DNA of 64,000 bases, taken from the IMG/VR virus record IMGVR_UViG_3300045999_013174. One strand, written 5' to 3'. The notes under the pieces are model-generated. The model did not search any database, was not told where the DNA came from, and saw only the letters and a list, made by a program, of their open reading frames with translations. The DNA is from a virus. The translations under genes and the position numbers were made by a program. Positions 9,974 to 20,108 of this stretch are shown one piece after another; position 1 is the first letter of the stretch, and the number at the start of each line of letters is the position of its first letter.

Positions 9974-11026
9974 ATGGACTCATTAAAGCCCACATATCAA
10001 ATCATCAACTCTCTCGCAGCAACTGCGGGAGATTTGGTTGTGAATGACAAAAACCTTGTCATTGGCCCAACCGCCAACCAAAGTCCTGTGATTAATTTGT
10101 CTCAGGATTGTAAACTCACCCGTATTTACTCTGTAAAAGAGACCCCAGCCGTATTCACTTACACCCCTGGCACTCTTGCTGCAAACACCAGGTACGGGTT
10201 TACGCTCATGCAAGTAATTGACGGCATGACCAAAGTTACTGTTGTTGAGTTCAACGCTGTAACTGCCCCTGGCTCAGCTACAATTGTTTGCGACGCGCTT
10301 CGTACAGTGCTTGCTAAATACGTAGCCAACGGGCGTGTTAAGGTTGTTGGTTCAGGAACCGCTACTGTTATTGTAACCGGTGCCGCTGGGTTCCCGTTGT
10401 TTAGTATGGCAGCTCCGCAAGGAGGAACTTCTGCCGAGACCCTTGCAACCATTGCTCTGAACGCGACACCTGGAACAGCGGTTGCTCAGTCATCAGGAGT
10501 TGTTACGGTTACCGCCGCCTCTGCCCATGGTCTTTCTACCGGAACCTTGGTTAGCTTAAGCACCGTGACAGGTATGACGTTTACCCGTAATGGCGTAACA
10601 ACAACCGCCGCTATCGACAACGCTCGCATCCATGTAGCCTCGTCTACCACCTTCACCCTTACCGGTGTGGTTGGCTCAGGCACCAACACTGGAACGTCCG
10701 TTCTTACTGTTAAGCCGTCTGAGGCTGCGGGTTCTTACAGCTTAGTTCTTGCTGAGACTGAGAATCAGGGTGCAACCCTTGCTCCTGTGTCGGGCCGCCA
10801 ATACTCAAAATACATTTTTGAGTACGCGAATCCTGTATCTTCTCTAAACAGCATTGCTCGTTTCCAGGAAGGAACTCACATCTTGTTTGTAGATGACTTG
10901 TTTGATTCTGCAACTCCAACCAATTTCACAAACTTCAACAACCGCGTAACGCAGATTGTGGGAGGCTTGAATTCGGGAGGAAACGTAGACGCAGAGCTGT
11001 TGTCTATTCCAAGCGTAAACAACTAA
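9974..11026 (+). CDS. Gly/Thr/Ala/Val-rich structural protein (capsid decoration or Ig-like protein, putative)
   Basis: 350 aa with repetitive T/G/V/A beta-rich composition. Immediately followed by a strong intrinsic terminator at 11043-11069. Confidence 0.35.
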   Translation: MDSLKPTYQIINSLAATAGDLVVNDKNLVIGPTANQSPVINLSQDCKLTRIYSVKETPAVFTYTPGTLAANTRYGFTLMQVIDGMTKVTVVEFNAVTAPGSATIVCDALRTVLAKYVANGRVKVVGSGTATVIVTGAAGFPLFSMAAPQGGTSAETLATIALNATPGTAVAQSSGVVTVTAASAHGLSTGTLVSLSTVTGMTFTRNGVTTTAAIDNARIHVASSTTFTLTGVVGSGTNTGTSVLTVKPSEAAGSYSLVLAETENQGATLAPVSGRQYSKYIFEYANPVSSLNSIARFQEGTHILFVDDLFDSATPTNFTNFNNRVTQIVGGLNSGGNVDAELLSIPSVNN

Positions 11027-11042
11027 TTGTTCTCACTTATGA

Positions 11043-11069
11043 AAAGCCCGGCAAGTCCGGGCTTTTTTT
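11043..11069 (+). terminator. rho-independent terminator after capsid/decoration operon
   Basis: AAGCCCGG-caagt-CCGGGCTT hairpin followed by TTTTTTTA. Confidence 0.8.
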
Positions 11070-11081
11070 ATCTATAAACTC

Positions 11082-11390
11082 ATGAAGAAGACATCATCTG
11101 TTGCAAAAAAAGCAGCCGCAGCCGTTAAAAGAGCCGGGGTCTCAGGGGTGAATAAGCCAAAGGCAACCCCTACGCACCCAAAGAAAAGCCATATAGTAGT
11201 CGCAAAAGAGGGAGCTAAGGTCAAAACAATGCGATTTGGAGAGCAAGGCGCCAAGACTGCCGGAAAGCCTAAGGCCGGAGAAAGTGATAAAATGAAAAAA
11301 AAGAGAGCTTCATTTAAGTCTCGTCACGGTCGCAATATTAAGAAGGGCAAGATGTCCGCAGCTTATTGGGCGGACAAGGTAAAGTGGTGA
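11082..11390 (+). CDS. lysine-rich histone-like basic protein
   Basis: 102 aa, about 30% Lys/Arg, low-complexity AKK/KPK runs. Stand-alone gene right after the capsid terminator. Confidence 0.5.
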   Translation: MKKTSSVAKKAAAAVKRAGVSGVNKPKATPTHPKKSHIVVAKEGAKVKTMRFGEQGAKTAGKPKAGESDKMKKKRASFKSRHGRNIKKGKMSAAYWADKVKW

Positions 11391-11441
11391 TATGCTTGGT
11401 ATTTATAATCCTTTCTCTATTTTTGCATAAAGAGATTCAAC

Positions 11442-12428
11442 ATGACAAGAGAAACACTTATTCTACGCCCCTTCAATATGACATCGTCAAGAAGGACTGC
11501 GTTTTCATTCTCGTACCTCGATAAGCGGACGAGAAAGCAATTTTCGCTGCTCTCTGACGGCGGTTTTTATGAGGGGCCGCTCGTGGCTCGCGACCAGCGC
11601 TCTTTGGATGAGAAAAAGATTTTCTTTGACAAGGACAACTTTGAGTATAAGCTTGAGTTTGATGCCGAAATGCTCGACTCTATTCTCGATGGCTCTCTTG
11701 ACCGCAAGCTAATGTATAACCTTGCGCCTGACGTGCGCGAGGCTATTGCTATTCTGCGCCATCCTGACGTTTATCACACAACCGGAGCTCAGTCATACAA
11801 CCACAACCCCATCGGCAAAAAGTGGATTGTTGAACTTCGGCGTGAGCGGTTGAATTCCGATTTTAAGACCTCTCTTATAAAGATGCAAGCTATCAACCGG
11901 TTCTTCTCTGAAGACCCTATGGTTTGGAGAGAGCTTGCATTTTATTTTGGCGTTAATCCGATTGGAAAAGACCCTGATGAGCTTGCGAATATCATGGCCT
12001 CTCCTGATAAAGGGGCGATTGTGGTTACTCGCGAAACTGCAGAGGAGTTTATGGAGTTTGTTCAGTCGTTCGACGCTCGAATCCCCCGGGTTGTTTGTCA
12101 GAAAGCCCTTGCTCTTGGTGTGATTCATAAAGACCGAGAGCAATACATGTATCTCGACACACCTCTTGGCAAAACGGTTGCAGAGGTTATTGAGGTTCTG
12201 TCAAAAGACAAAACCGTCAACATGATGGTTATTAAGGCTACCGAGGATTATGACGCTGACATTGTTCGCTACCAAGAGGGGTGTGACCGCGTCGCTCGCG
12301 TTATCAAGGAGACCCTTAGTGGCAAAGACAAAAAGAAGCAGCCTTCTGTGAAGGGACGCGCTGAGATTGTAACTCCCATCGCCTCGCCTAAAACATCGCC
12401 CCCAAATACCGTGGCTGAACCGGCTTAA
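11442..12428 (+). CDS. hypothetical virion-module protein
   Basis: 328-aa ORF followed by intrinsic terminator 12455-12492. Confidence 0.45.
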   Translation: MTRETLILRPFNMTSSRRTAFSFSYLDKRTRKQFSLLSDGGFYEGPLVARDQRSLDEKKIFFDKDNFEYKLEFDAEMLDSILDGSLDRKLMYNLAPDVREAIAILRHPDVYHTTGAQSYNHNPIGKKWIVELRRERLNSDFKTSLIKMQAINRFFSEDPMVWRELAFYFGVNPIGKDPDELANIMASPDKGAIVVTRETAEEFMEFVQSFDARIPRVVCQKALALGVIHKDREQYMYLDTPLGKTVAEVIEVLSKDKTVNMMVIKATEDYDADIVRYQEGCDRVARVIKETLSGKDKKKQPSVKGRAEIVTPIASPKTSPPNTVAEPA

Positions 12429-12454
12429 TGATACTTCCTTTTTACATTTTGATA

Positions 12455-12492
12455 AAGCCCCTCTTTATGAGGGGCTTTCTTTTTAATTTTGC
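12455..12492 (+). terminator. rho-independent terminator
   Basis: AAAGCCCCTC-ttta-tGAGGGGCTTT hairpin then CTTTTTAATTTT. Overlaps the TAATTTTG box of the next gene. Confidence 0.7.
12484..12491 (+). promoter_or_regulatory. -7 box TAATTTTG immediately upstream of ATG 12496
   Basis: TAnnTTTG motif 5 nt before the start codon. Confidence 0.3.
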
Positions 12493-12495
12493 TTT

Positions 12496-13620
12496 ATGAC
12501 GACAGGGGCTGATATCTTAAAAATTTATGACAGGGAGATTGACCAGGCCTATACGGACTTTGAATCCACCGAGCAAAAGACTGATAGGATGCGTGTTGCG
12601 ATGGTCAATGTGGTCGAGCGGATATATCGCTCTCTTGACTCTCAGAAGGACAATGATGACATCCGGGACATGATTGTCGTTGAGCGCCGCCTTGAGCTTC
12701 CTCAAGGAGAGTTGCGTTTGGCTCCTTTTTCTGTGCTTAATGCCATTTTAGCGCAGAATATCCCTTTTGGTATAACTACCGTTACAATTGAAACAGAGAC
12801 GCCTCACTTGCTACAGTCGGATGACCTGGCTAATCTTGTGTTCCGGAATTCTTCCGCCTCCGGGCTTGGTGTAGATTTTAATTCTGTTTCTTGGTCTATA
12901 CTATCTCCTACCCAGTTGCAAGCTATATTCCCGGTTTTGATTTCGGGAACTTATAATCAGGGTTCTGTCCTGGTTTATTCATCAAGGACGACTGTTGGCA
13001 ATTACTCACACTTGATTGCGGTGAAGCCTGAATACTATCACCCAATGCTCCCGAAGCTTTCAAAGATTGTTGCAGTGTCGGGCTCTAAGATTCGATTCCT
13101 ATTCTCGACTCCGCTTAGAACCGGAGATAAAATCAGAGTAAAAACATCTCCTGTAATCCAGGCTTATGAGACTGATTATTACGTTCAGCGCCTGAACGTG
13201 TTTGAGTTTGAGCTTTACATGGATGAAGCGTTGACAATGCCGGCGAGCTTGTCTTCTATTCCAAAAACCACTAAGTATTCGGTGTTTTTTGCGATTTCTG
13301 AGTATGCAGAAAAAGCTTCTCCTCATGAATTGGTTAGCCGATTCATAGGGGCCTACGAGGCTTTCCCGGGGTATCTTATTGACTCCAATAAAATAATTTT
13401 TAGACCGAAGTCTCCCGCGCCTGAGAGTGCGCTTTTGAGTTATATTCGCTCAGATATTGAGTTTTTTGATTTGGGGAATTCCACTAAGGATTACGAGGCT
13501 TACTACAGCAGGAAGTTCATTCAAAGAGTTATTGATGAAGCGGTTTCTGATTTCAACAGAAGCGTCCGTGACTTTAATGCTCTTGGAGCAGAAAATAATC
13601 AAATAATGACAAACCCATAA
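12496..13620 (+). CDS. hypothetical structural protein
   Basis: 374-aa ORF with TAATTTTG -7-like box 5 nt upstream of its ATG. Stop overlaps the start of the next gene. Confidence 0.45.
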   Translation: MTTGADILKIYDREIDQAYTDFESTEQKTDRMRVAMVNVVERIYRSLDSQKDNDDIRDMIVVERRLELPQGELRLAPFSVLNAILAQNIPFGITTVTIETETPHLLQSDDLANLVFRNSSASGLGVDFNSVSWSILSPTQLQAIFPVLISGTYNQGSVLVYSSRTTVGNYSHLIAVKPEYYHPMLPKLSKIVAVSGSKIRFLFSTPLRTGDKIRVKTSPVIQAYETDYYVQRLNVFEFELYMDEALTMPASLSSIPKTTKYSVFFAISEYAEKASPHELVSRFIGAYEAFPGYLIDSNKIIFRPKSPAPESALLSYIRSDIEFFDLGNSTKDYEAYYSRKFIQRVIDEAVSDFNRSVRDFNALGAENNQIMTNP

Positions 13621-14312
13621 TGCCGGTCGTTCATCAGTATCTTCAGCCCCTACAGGCTATTTTTGGTTCAGGGGGAATCGTCTCTACTGACAGTCGGGTT
13701 TCAGCGGCCTTTGCTATGAGAATGCTCGATGAATTAAGAGCATCTGCTATAGTTGAGTTTTTTAGGCAAAAGTTGCATTTGCCTGAACAGCTATATCAGA
13801 CAACATCTTTGATTTACGATGAGGACTATCAGACAGGTGATGATACTGGCAAGTGCATTTATTTGTATCCGGTTCCCGCGATTATTCCGGTTTCTGCGAC
13901 TCATGATGGAATTACTTATGTAGGAGTAAGAAATGGCGAAAACCTCAACAGGATAAAAAGCCAGTCTGTCTTATCCAACTATAAAAAGAACTACATCACC
14001 CGAAAAATTGTTGAAGACCAGCCGTGGGTTATGTACCAGCCGGATTTTTCCGATGTGCTTTTTCATAAGCCATTCGGAGGCCCGGCAAAAACGCTCGTTG
14101 TCAGGGCGATTTTTGTTAGGCCAACGCAATTGCCTGAGTACAATATTCAGAAGGATGAGTATCCAATAACAGATGAGATTTACAATCTTGTCTTGCGCAT
14201 GGCCCAGGAGCTTTATTCAAGAGGGGTCCTATCCTCCCAGCCTGAAGCTATTGCAAATGCGGCAGAAGATGCTTCTTTGCCGCCCATTAACCAGCAAAAC
14301 AACAACTCATGA
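13620..14312 (+). CDS. hypothetical structural protein
   Basis: 230-aa ORF, translationally coupled (stop/start overlap) to flanking genes. Confidence 0.45.
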   Translation: MPVVHQYLQPLQAIFGSGGIVSTDSRVSAAFAMRMLDELRASAIVEFFRQKLHLPEQLYQTTSLIYDEDYQTGDDTGKCIYLYPVPAIIPVSATHDGITYVGVRNGENLNRIKSQSVLSNYKKNYITRKIVEDQPWVMYQPDFSDVLFHKPFGGPAKTLVVRAIFVRPTQLPEYNIQKDEYPITDEIYNLVLRMAQELYSRGVLSSQPEAIANAAEDASLPPINQQNNNS

Positions 14313-14992
14313 GCGAAGGTCGTGGTTTATACAAGGCTATCTCTCTTGATAGCGCGGTTTCGTCAGCAAAGGACATGCTTGGCATTGAGGATACCTCTTT
14401 ACACGATACTGTTCTTAAGAAATATGGAGACGAGGCAATTCGTCGCATTTTCGGACAAAAAGCCTTGGTAAAAACAACCAAGTGTTTTGATATTGAAAAT
14501 GGCAGAATTCCGCTTCCCGACGGATTCCAAAGGCTTATAGCCGTGCAGCTTGATAACTCGGCTGTAGATAACCGGGCTTTTTATGTCGACTCAGACTTTA
14601 TAGAGGGTTTGGCTTGTTTGTCAGACGACACCATGAACATAAAGCCCTTGAGGAATAATGTTGAAATAGTCAATGAGCATTTGGTTTTTAGTACAAACAT
14701 CCCGGCAGAATCTGCTACTATAACATATCGAGGGTACAATATCGGAGACGATTGCCTTATGGCAATGTATGACCACCAGGAAGCTGCTGTGGTTGCGTAC
14801 ATGTGTTGGCGTTTTACGCAGAAGCACTTTGTCCAGTATCCAAGGGATATTCGAGAAGCGTACAAGAACGAATACATTTCTCAGAAGCACTTTGTGAGGG
14901 GGCATGAGTTTGTAAGTCAGTTTGAGCAACAAAAAGCGGAGATTGGAGCTATCTTTACAGCTCTTTTAATTGACCGAAATCAAGATGTGTAA
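14309..14992 (+). CDS. hypothetical structural protein
   Basis: 227-aa ORF, ATGA overlap with upstream gene. Confidence 0.45.
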   Translation: MSEGRGLYKAISLDSAVSSAKDMLGIEDTSLHDTVLKKYGDEAIRRIFGQKALVKTTKCFDIENGRIPLPDGFQRLIAVQLDNSAVDNRAFYVDSDFIEGLACLSDDTMNIKPLRNNVEIVNEHLVFSTNIPAESATITYRGYNIGDDCLMAMYDHQEAAVVAYMCWRFTQKHFVQYPRDIREAYKNEYISQKHFVRGHEFVSQFEQQKAEIGAIFTALLIDRNQDV

Positions 14993-14994
14993 AT

Positions 14995-17900
14995 ATGCCT
15001 GAAGTAAAACTGCAAGGGTTTGTTGGTATTAATTCTGACGATGAGTATTTGCTTGTCCCGCAGCCTGACACGACGTTGGGTCAGAATATTTCAATACAGA
15101 CAGATGTGCAAAGGGAGGGAGGGAGTGTAAAACCCAGGCTTGGAGACCTTTTTAAGTGCGAGATTTCTCCGGTGTCCCCGAGCTCAAAGGTTTATGAAAT
15201 AAGAACAAGCTCTTCTTCTGTTCATCTTAAGATTGTTACTCCAGCTCAGCAGTTTGTCCTTGCTGAGGCATCTGCCACGGGCCCGTTTGCTTTGCAGTTG
15301 GTCGTTGATGAGCTTTCTTTTCTGACTAACCAATACCCTTCGTTAGTAGGGAGCTCGTCTTATGTCTTGTTTGATGTCGAATACTTGATTGATAACCAGG
15401 GGCCATATATTCGGATTTCTCTCCCTGCTTTTGTAGGGCAGGGCGGTATTGCGACAGAGAACCCGAATCGCTATTTTGATTATGATGTCGTTGCTGGGAA
15501 TGATGAAGCATATAGTATTGTCTGTACAAGTGACAATATTTACCCGTCTATGGGTGGAGACCTTCGGGTTATAGGCAGTGTGGACCATCTTGGTAACACA
15601 TTTGTTTTTTCGACAACAGAAGACCGCCGTCCGTCTTCTATAAAAGCTCAGAGTGTAACTTATGTCTCCGCCTATTTTGTCGGGCCTAATATCGTGGCTT
15701 CTCAAACGATTGTAGAGTTGCCCGACCATGGGTTATCTGATTTTGATGCTGTTTCGATTGCTGTTTCAGATAATCGTTTTTACTCAGGCACCTATTCTGT
15801 TACGGTTATTGACCCTGACCGGTTTTATTTGAATGGATATCCGTATACTGTTCAGAATAATGGTCCGATAGCATTCCAGTCTACTGATTGTGTGGTTGTG
15901 TATAACCCAATAGCGATTGGGCAGATTGGTGTTTTGTTTGTTGATGTTTCGGGGCAGGAGCAGTATATTCCTCTTTTAACTTCCCCTGAGCTTAATTTCA
16001 GAACGTATCATCAGATTGATGTCGACGCAGAGGCTTTCCTAAATAAGATTGCTCTTTATTTCACTGACTTTAATAACGACCCTCGTGTGTTTTATTATGC
16101 CGGGGATTTTGTTGAGAACGGGGCTCTTGAGTTTATTAATCCTCAGAATCCGTATAAATATGGGACTATTGCTCAGCAGACCCGGTTGGTCAGCGCTCCA
16201 CAATCTTTGACAGTTCGTTTTGTTGAGCAATTGCAAACCGGAGGCACATTGTTTGCCGGGAATAAGCGATATGTAGCAAGGGGTGTTTCTGCGGACCTTA
16301 CTCCCGGGTTTTGGAGCGAGGCTACTGGCGTTGTTCCTGTTTATACGGCTTCGACAATTGTTTCGCCTCGTAAAATAAAGGGCAATACAACTGCTACTCA
16401 AACCGAGAAGGTTAATGTTATTGAAGTATCGGGAATTGACACCTCGATTTACTTTTTTGTGGAGATTGGTGTTATTGAATATCTCGATTCAGGATATGAG
16501 GCGGTGTTACTCAATCGTGTGGCCTTAAATGGCCGCTCTTCGCTTTTGTATTATCATGACGGTAAAGAAACCGAGCGTCTTGTTTTGCCGGCCCAAGAGT
16601 TTAATATTGACGACCGGAGTGTAAAAAAGGCACTCAATGTGTGTATTCTTGATAATAGGCTTCTGCTCTCTAATGTTGAATTTCGTTCTGAGCGAGGGCT
16701 TGAAGCTGTTCTTGATACTGTAAAATACCGGCTCAAACACTTTGCCCTTCCGAAGCAGGGGCGGGAGCTGGGGCAGTTTTATTTTGATGCGTCAGGGCTT
16801 GATTTTGCCGAGTACCAAAAGCCTGAGAATGTGAGCAAATACATTGGGTACATGCCCAATGAGACTTATTTGTTCGCTGCTCGTTTTGTGTTTAAGAACG
16901 GGTCTAAGTCAAAGCCTGTCCCGTTCTGTACTGTTAAGTTTGACACTGAGTCGACTTCTGCGGATGGTCGTCGTCTTGAGGGGTTGCCTTCTTATGATAC
17001 AATTAGGGGGCACCAATACAATCCGGCTTCGCAATTATATGACAAGGGCGAAATTCTCATTAATCACATTGAGTTTTCAAGCTTCAATTTCAATGCAATA
17101 ATCGACGGCGTTCCGGCAAGGGATATTATTGAGCGTATTGAGATAATGAGAGCAGAGGTTGTGAATCCAACGGTGCTTGGGTGCGGTCTTGCCGTACTTG
17201 CCATAAGGGCAGGTGCAGAAAGTCTTGCAAACACAACTTATCCTGTTTACAGGCCAACTCCTTTTGTTGGAGTTCCGACGGGTTTTGGCCCTCTGTTCTT
17301 TGACCCTGGGTATATGCAGATAGGCCTGGTAAGGCAACCTGATGTTGCATCGTTATACATCCCTGATTTTTTATACACAGGGGCCGATATTTCCTCTGTT
17401 GGCGTTGGTGCAAAGCTGGTTGTTTTTGGTAGTCATGACTATAACGCTCATAAGGATTCTTATGTACAAGCATTCGGCGCTCCCCCGACTGCGTTCCCTT
17501 ATGGAGGTTATATTCATTATGGCGGAGATTCAGGTTGGGGTGGAGCTGGGTTCTCTCCAGTGGAGTACGGTATTGATGAGTTTGGTAGTATAGCTGACGA
17601 TGGGTTTAAGATTTTCGCTGAAGGCTCTCAGTTCCCGTTTATTTTTAGGAACAGGCATTTTATACTGCCGAATAATAACAGGTGGACTCGCAACTTGACA
17701 GTTCGTCTTGATTCTCCTGTACTAACAGAATCTGACCATCAGTGGCAAGAGCCTGATACTCAAGGCGGTGAAACCTTCCTTGCGGGAGACAGGGGTCTTC
17801 GCTATGTTCAGATATACCGGCCAAATCCGGACCAATATAACGACATTGACATCACAAGCGCTATTTACACCCTTGCGAGTATTTCTCCATCTGACACATT

Positions 17901-19494
17901 CGTTGATGTGTTCGGGGGTGATTGTATGTATCAAAGGACGACGTTGAAACTGATGTCTTGTAATGCGCCAAATGTACCGCTAAATACTGGAGCTCCGGTG
18001 TGTGTTGACTTTTATAGCCATAACAGAATAAACGTCCAGCTTAGGGGTAGTGACGAAAATATCGACGCGGCTTACCCAATGGAGTTTGATACAATAAGCC
18101 AGTGGATGCTTCATCCGTTTTTTGACGAAATTGCTTATAGCCGAGCATACACCCCAAGGCAAGAGGCGCAGTCGAAGTTGGTTTTTAACCCAAATCTTCC
18201 GGATGACACAAAGCAGCCAACGACGATAGTTTACTCCCCGGTAAAGACCCGCGGCTCTGTCCAGGACTCGTATCGGCAGTTTTCTTATGCTGACTTCACT
18301 TCCCTTGACACGACATTTGGCCCTATTGTGTTTATGAGGCCCTTTAACGGGGAACTAATTACGCTTCAGGAGCGAAGGGCTCAGCGACAGTTTTTTAATA
18401 CAAGAGGTGTTTTAACTACCTCAGACGGAGCTACAGCCCTCATTGGCGATGGCGCTGCTTTTTATAGAGACGGCTCTACTCTTAGTTCGTTTGGTTGTCG
18501 CCATAAGTGGTCGGTAGTTGTCGGCCGGTCTTTTGGCGGGAATGATGTTTGGTATTGGTATGACGATGTTAATCGTGTTATTTGCCGGTTTGGTGCAGAT
18601 GGTCTTGTTCCTATTTCGTCAAGGGCAAAGTTTAGGACGGAAATCCGTTCGCTGACAGAGTTGGCCTCTGATTCTTTCACTCCTGCAGACGTTTTTGGCA
18701 TTAGCGGGGTTTGGGATGAGGCTTTATCTGAGGTCGTTTGGAGTTTTAAGCTTGCAAGAGGTTATCGGGGGCATTGGACCCCCGGCCTAAACGTGAAGCA
18801 GGGTGAGCTTTATAGCGTAAGGGGTCGGAACTACCTCGGTGTATTTGAGGACGTGCCTGTTCTTTACAGGGCTATTTTTAGTCATGAGGCCTCCTCGTTA
18901 AACGGTCCTGATTCAGACGACCCAGCATGGCAAGAAATTCCATACGGAGACCCTTCGTATATGAAGTTCTTCGGCTTGGTGTTTTCTGAGTCTCAAAATC
19001 GCTTTATATCAGTTGACGAAATCTACCCGGCTATCTTTATAGCCAACAACAGAAATGTTTACTACCCAAGAGCCAAGGCTCCATACGGACTTATTTATAA
19101 GCGAAACGCTGGAGAGCCGTTGGTGTTTTATGACTACTTTGGTGACAGAAAAACTGTTTTTGGTGCTGTAGAGAGCGTGTTCAATATCGACGCCAATATC
19201 CAAAAGAAGGCAGCGGCTTTAAGGGTTAATTGCACTCTTGTACCCCATAAGATTGAAGTTAGGACAGAACTTAATCAAACATTCATTCTTGCTGAAGACT
19301 TTAAGGGTCGCCTTAATCAGTGGGATTCGCCAGTTAATAAGGACTCTCAGGACGAGCAGTCGCGAAAGCAGGGAGAGGGTGGAATATATGGCACTTATGT
19401 CCGGGTAAAGTTTATCTTTGCACCTGAGCAGCATCAGCGTTTAATCAACATGGTTCTTAAATTTAGACCTGTGTCAAGAATGTATACAACATGA
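14995..19494 (+). CDS. large virion protein (tail tube/nozzle-like, putative)
   Basis: 1,499-aa uninterrupted ORF in the structural block. Beta-rich, many Gly/Tyr/Asn. Position corresponds to tail tubular proteins in T7-like order. Confidence 0.5.
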   Translation: MPEVKLQGFVGINSDDEYLLVPQPDTTLGQNISIQTDVQREGGSVKPRLGDLFKCEISPVSPSSKVYEIRTSSSSVHLKIVTPAQQFVLAEASATGPFALQLVVDELSFLTNQYPSLVGSSSYVLFDVEYLIDNQGPYIRISLPAFVGQGGIATENPNRYFDYDVVAGNDEAYSIVCTSDNIYPSMGGDLRVIGSVDHLGNTFVFSTTEDRRPSSIKAQSVTYVSAYFVGPNIVASQTIVELPDHGLSDFDAVSIAVSDNRFYSGTYSVTVIDPDRFYLNGYPYTVQNNGPIAFQSTDCVVVYNPIAIGQIGVLFVDVSGQEQYIPLLTSPELNFRTYHQIDVDAEAFLNKIALYFTDFNNDPRVFYYAGDFVENGALEFINPQNPYKYGTIAQQTRLVSAPQSLTVRFVEQLQTGGTLFAGNKRYVARGVSADLTPGFWSEATGVVPVYTASTIVSPRKIKGNTTATQTEKVNVIEVSGIDTSIYFFVEIGVIEYLDSGYEAVLLNRVALNGRSSLLYYHDGKETERLVLPAQEFNIDDRSVKKALNVCILDNRLLLSNVEFRSERGLEAVLDTVKYRLKHFALPKQGRELGQFYFDASGLDFAEYQKPENVSKYIGYMPNETYLFAARFVFKNGSKSKPVPFCTVKFDTESTSADGRRLEGLPSYDTIRGHQYNPASQLYDKGEILINHIEFSSFNFNAIIDGVPARDIIERIEIMRAEVVNPTVLGCGLAVLAIRAGAESLANTTYPVYRPTPFVGVPTGFGPLFFDPGYMQIGLVRQPDVASLYIPDFLYTGADISSVGVGAKLVVFGSHDYNAHKDSYVQAFGAPPTAFPYGGYIHYGGDSGWGGAGFSPVEYGIDEFGSIADDGFKIFAEGSQFPFIFRNRHFILPNNNRWTRNLTVRLDSPVLTESDHQWQEPDTQGGETFLAGDRGLRYVQIYRPNPDQYNDIDITSAIYTLASISPSDTFVDVFGGDCMYQRTTLKLMSCNAPNVPLNTGAPVCVDFYSHNRINVQLRGSDENIDAAYPMEFDTISQWMLHPFFDEIAYSRAYTPRQEAQSKLVFNPNLPDDTKQPTTIVYSPVKTRGSVQDSYRQFSYADFTSLDTTFGPIVFMRPFNGELITLQERRAQRQFFNTRGVLTTSDGATALIGDGAAFYRDGSTLSSFGCRHKWSVVVGRSFGGNDVWYWYDDVNRVICRFGADGLVPISSRAKFRTEIRSLTELASDSFTPADVFGISGVWDEALSEVVWSFKLARGYRGHWTPGLNVKQGELYSVRGRNYLGVFEDVPVLYRAIFSHEASSLNGPDSDDPAWQEIPYGDPSYMKFFGLVFSESQNRFISVDEIYPAIFIANNRNVYYPRAKAPYGLIYKRNAGEPLVFYDYFGDRKTVFGAVESVFNIDANIQKKAAALRVNCTLVPHKIEVRTELNQTFILAEDFKGRLNQWDSPVNKDSQDEQSRKQGEGGIYGTYVRVKFIFAPEQHQRLINMVLKFRPVSRMYTT

Positions 19495-20102
19495 TTGGTG
19501 AAATGATACTTGGAGTACCTCAGATGGTTATGGGGTTCCAGCAGATGAAGCAATTAAAAAACGTCCCTCGGCCAAACTTCTCTGTCTCTCCGGAGTTGCA
19601 GAAGAGCTACAATCGCGCAGAGACCATGGCTATGCAGGGTTTAACTGCGGCAGAAAGAGCGGCGATGGAAACTCAGCAAGCCGGACAGATAGCTTCGCAG
19701 GTTCGGGCGGGGTTCGCTCGGACTGGCGGAAATATGGCTGGGGCTCTTGGTGTTATTTCGGGAATGGGGCAGTCTCAGTTTACTCTTGGTTTAGGAAAAA
19801 TGGATGCTGATGTTCGGCGCTCAAACATAAGATATGCGGATAGCATTATGCGAGACATTAATCAGGTCCGTATGATGCAGCAGCGTCTTGATATTGAGCG
19901 CGACCAGTCTCGTAGAGACTCTGCCGCCGCCCTGCTTAACATGGGCATGCAGAATATTGCCCAGGGTATAAGCAGCGCAGAAGATAATGTCATGTATCTT
20001 GCCGGCTTACAGATGGGTGGTGGAATGGGGAGCATGCCAGGAATGCAAGACGGAGGCGGTAACTCATACGTTAAGCGGCCTTATACTCGTTATAAGTTAT
20101 AA
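19491..20102 (+). CDS. Met/Gly/Ala-rich internal virion protein (putative)
   Basis: 203 aa, Met/Gln/Ala-rich helical composition with MGGGMGSMPGMQDGGG tail. ATGA overlap with the 1,499-aa gene. Confidence 0.4.
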   Translation: MIGEMILGVPQMVMGFQQMKQLKNVPRPNFSVSPELQKSYNRAETMAMQGLTAAERAAMETQQAGQIASQVRAGFARTGGNMAGALGVISGMGQSQFTLGLGKMDADVRRSNIRYADSIMRDINQVRMMQQRLDIERDQSRRDSAAALLNMGMQNIAQGISSAEDNVMYLAGLQMGGGMGSMPGMQDGGGNSYVKRPYTRYKL

Positions 20103-20108
20103 GTTAGG

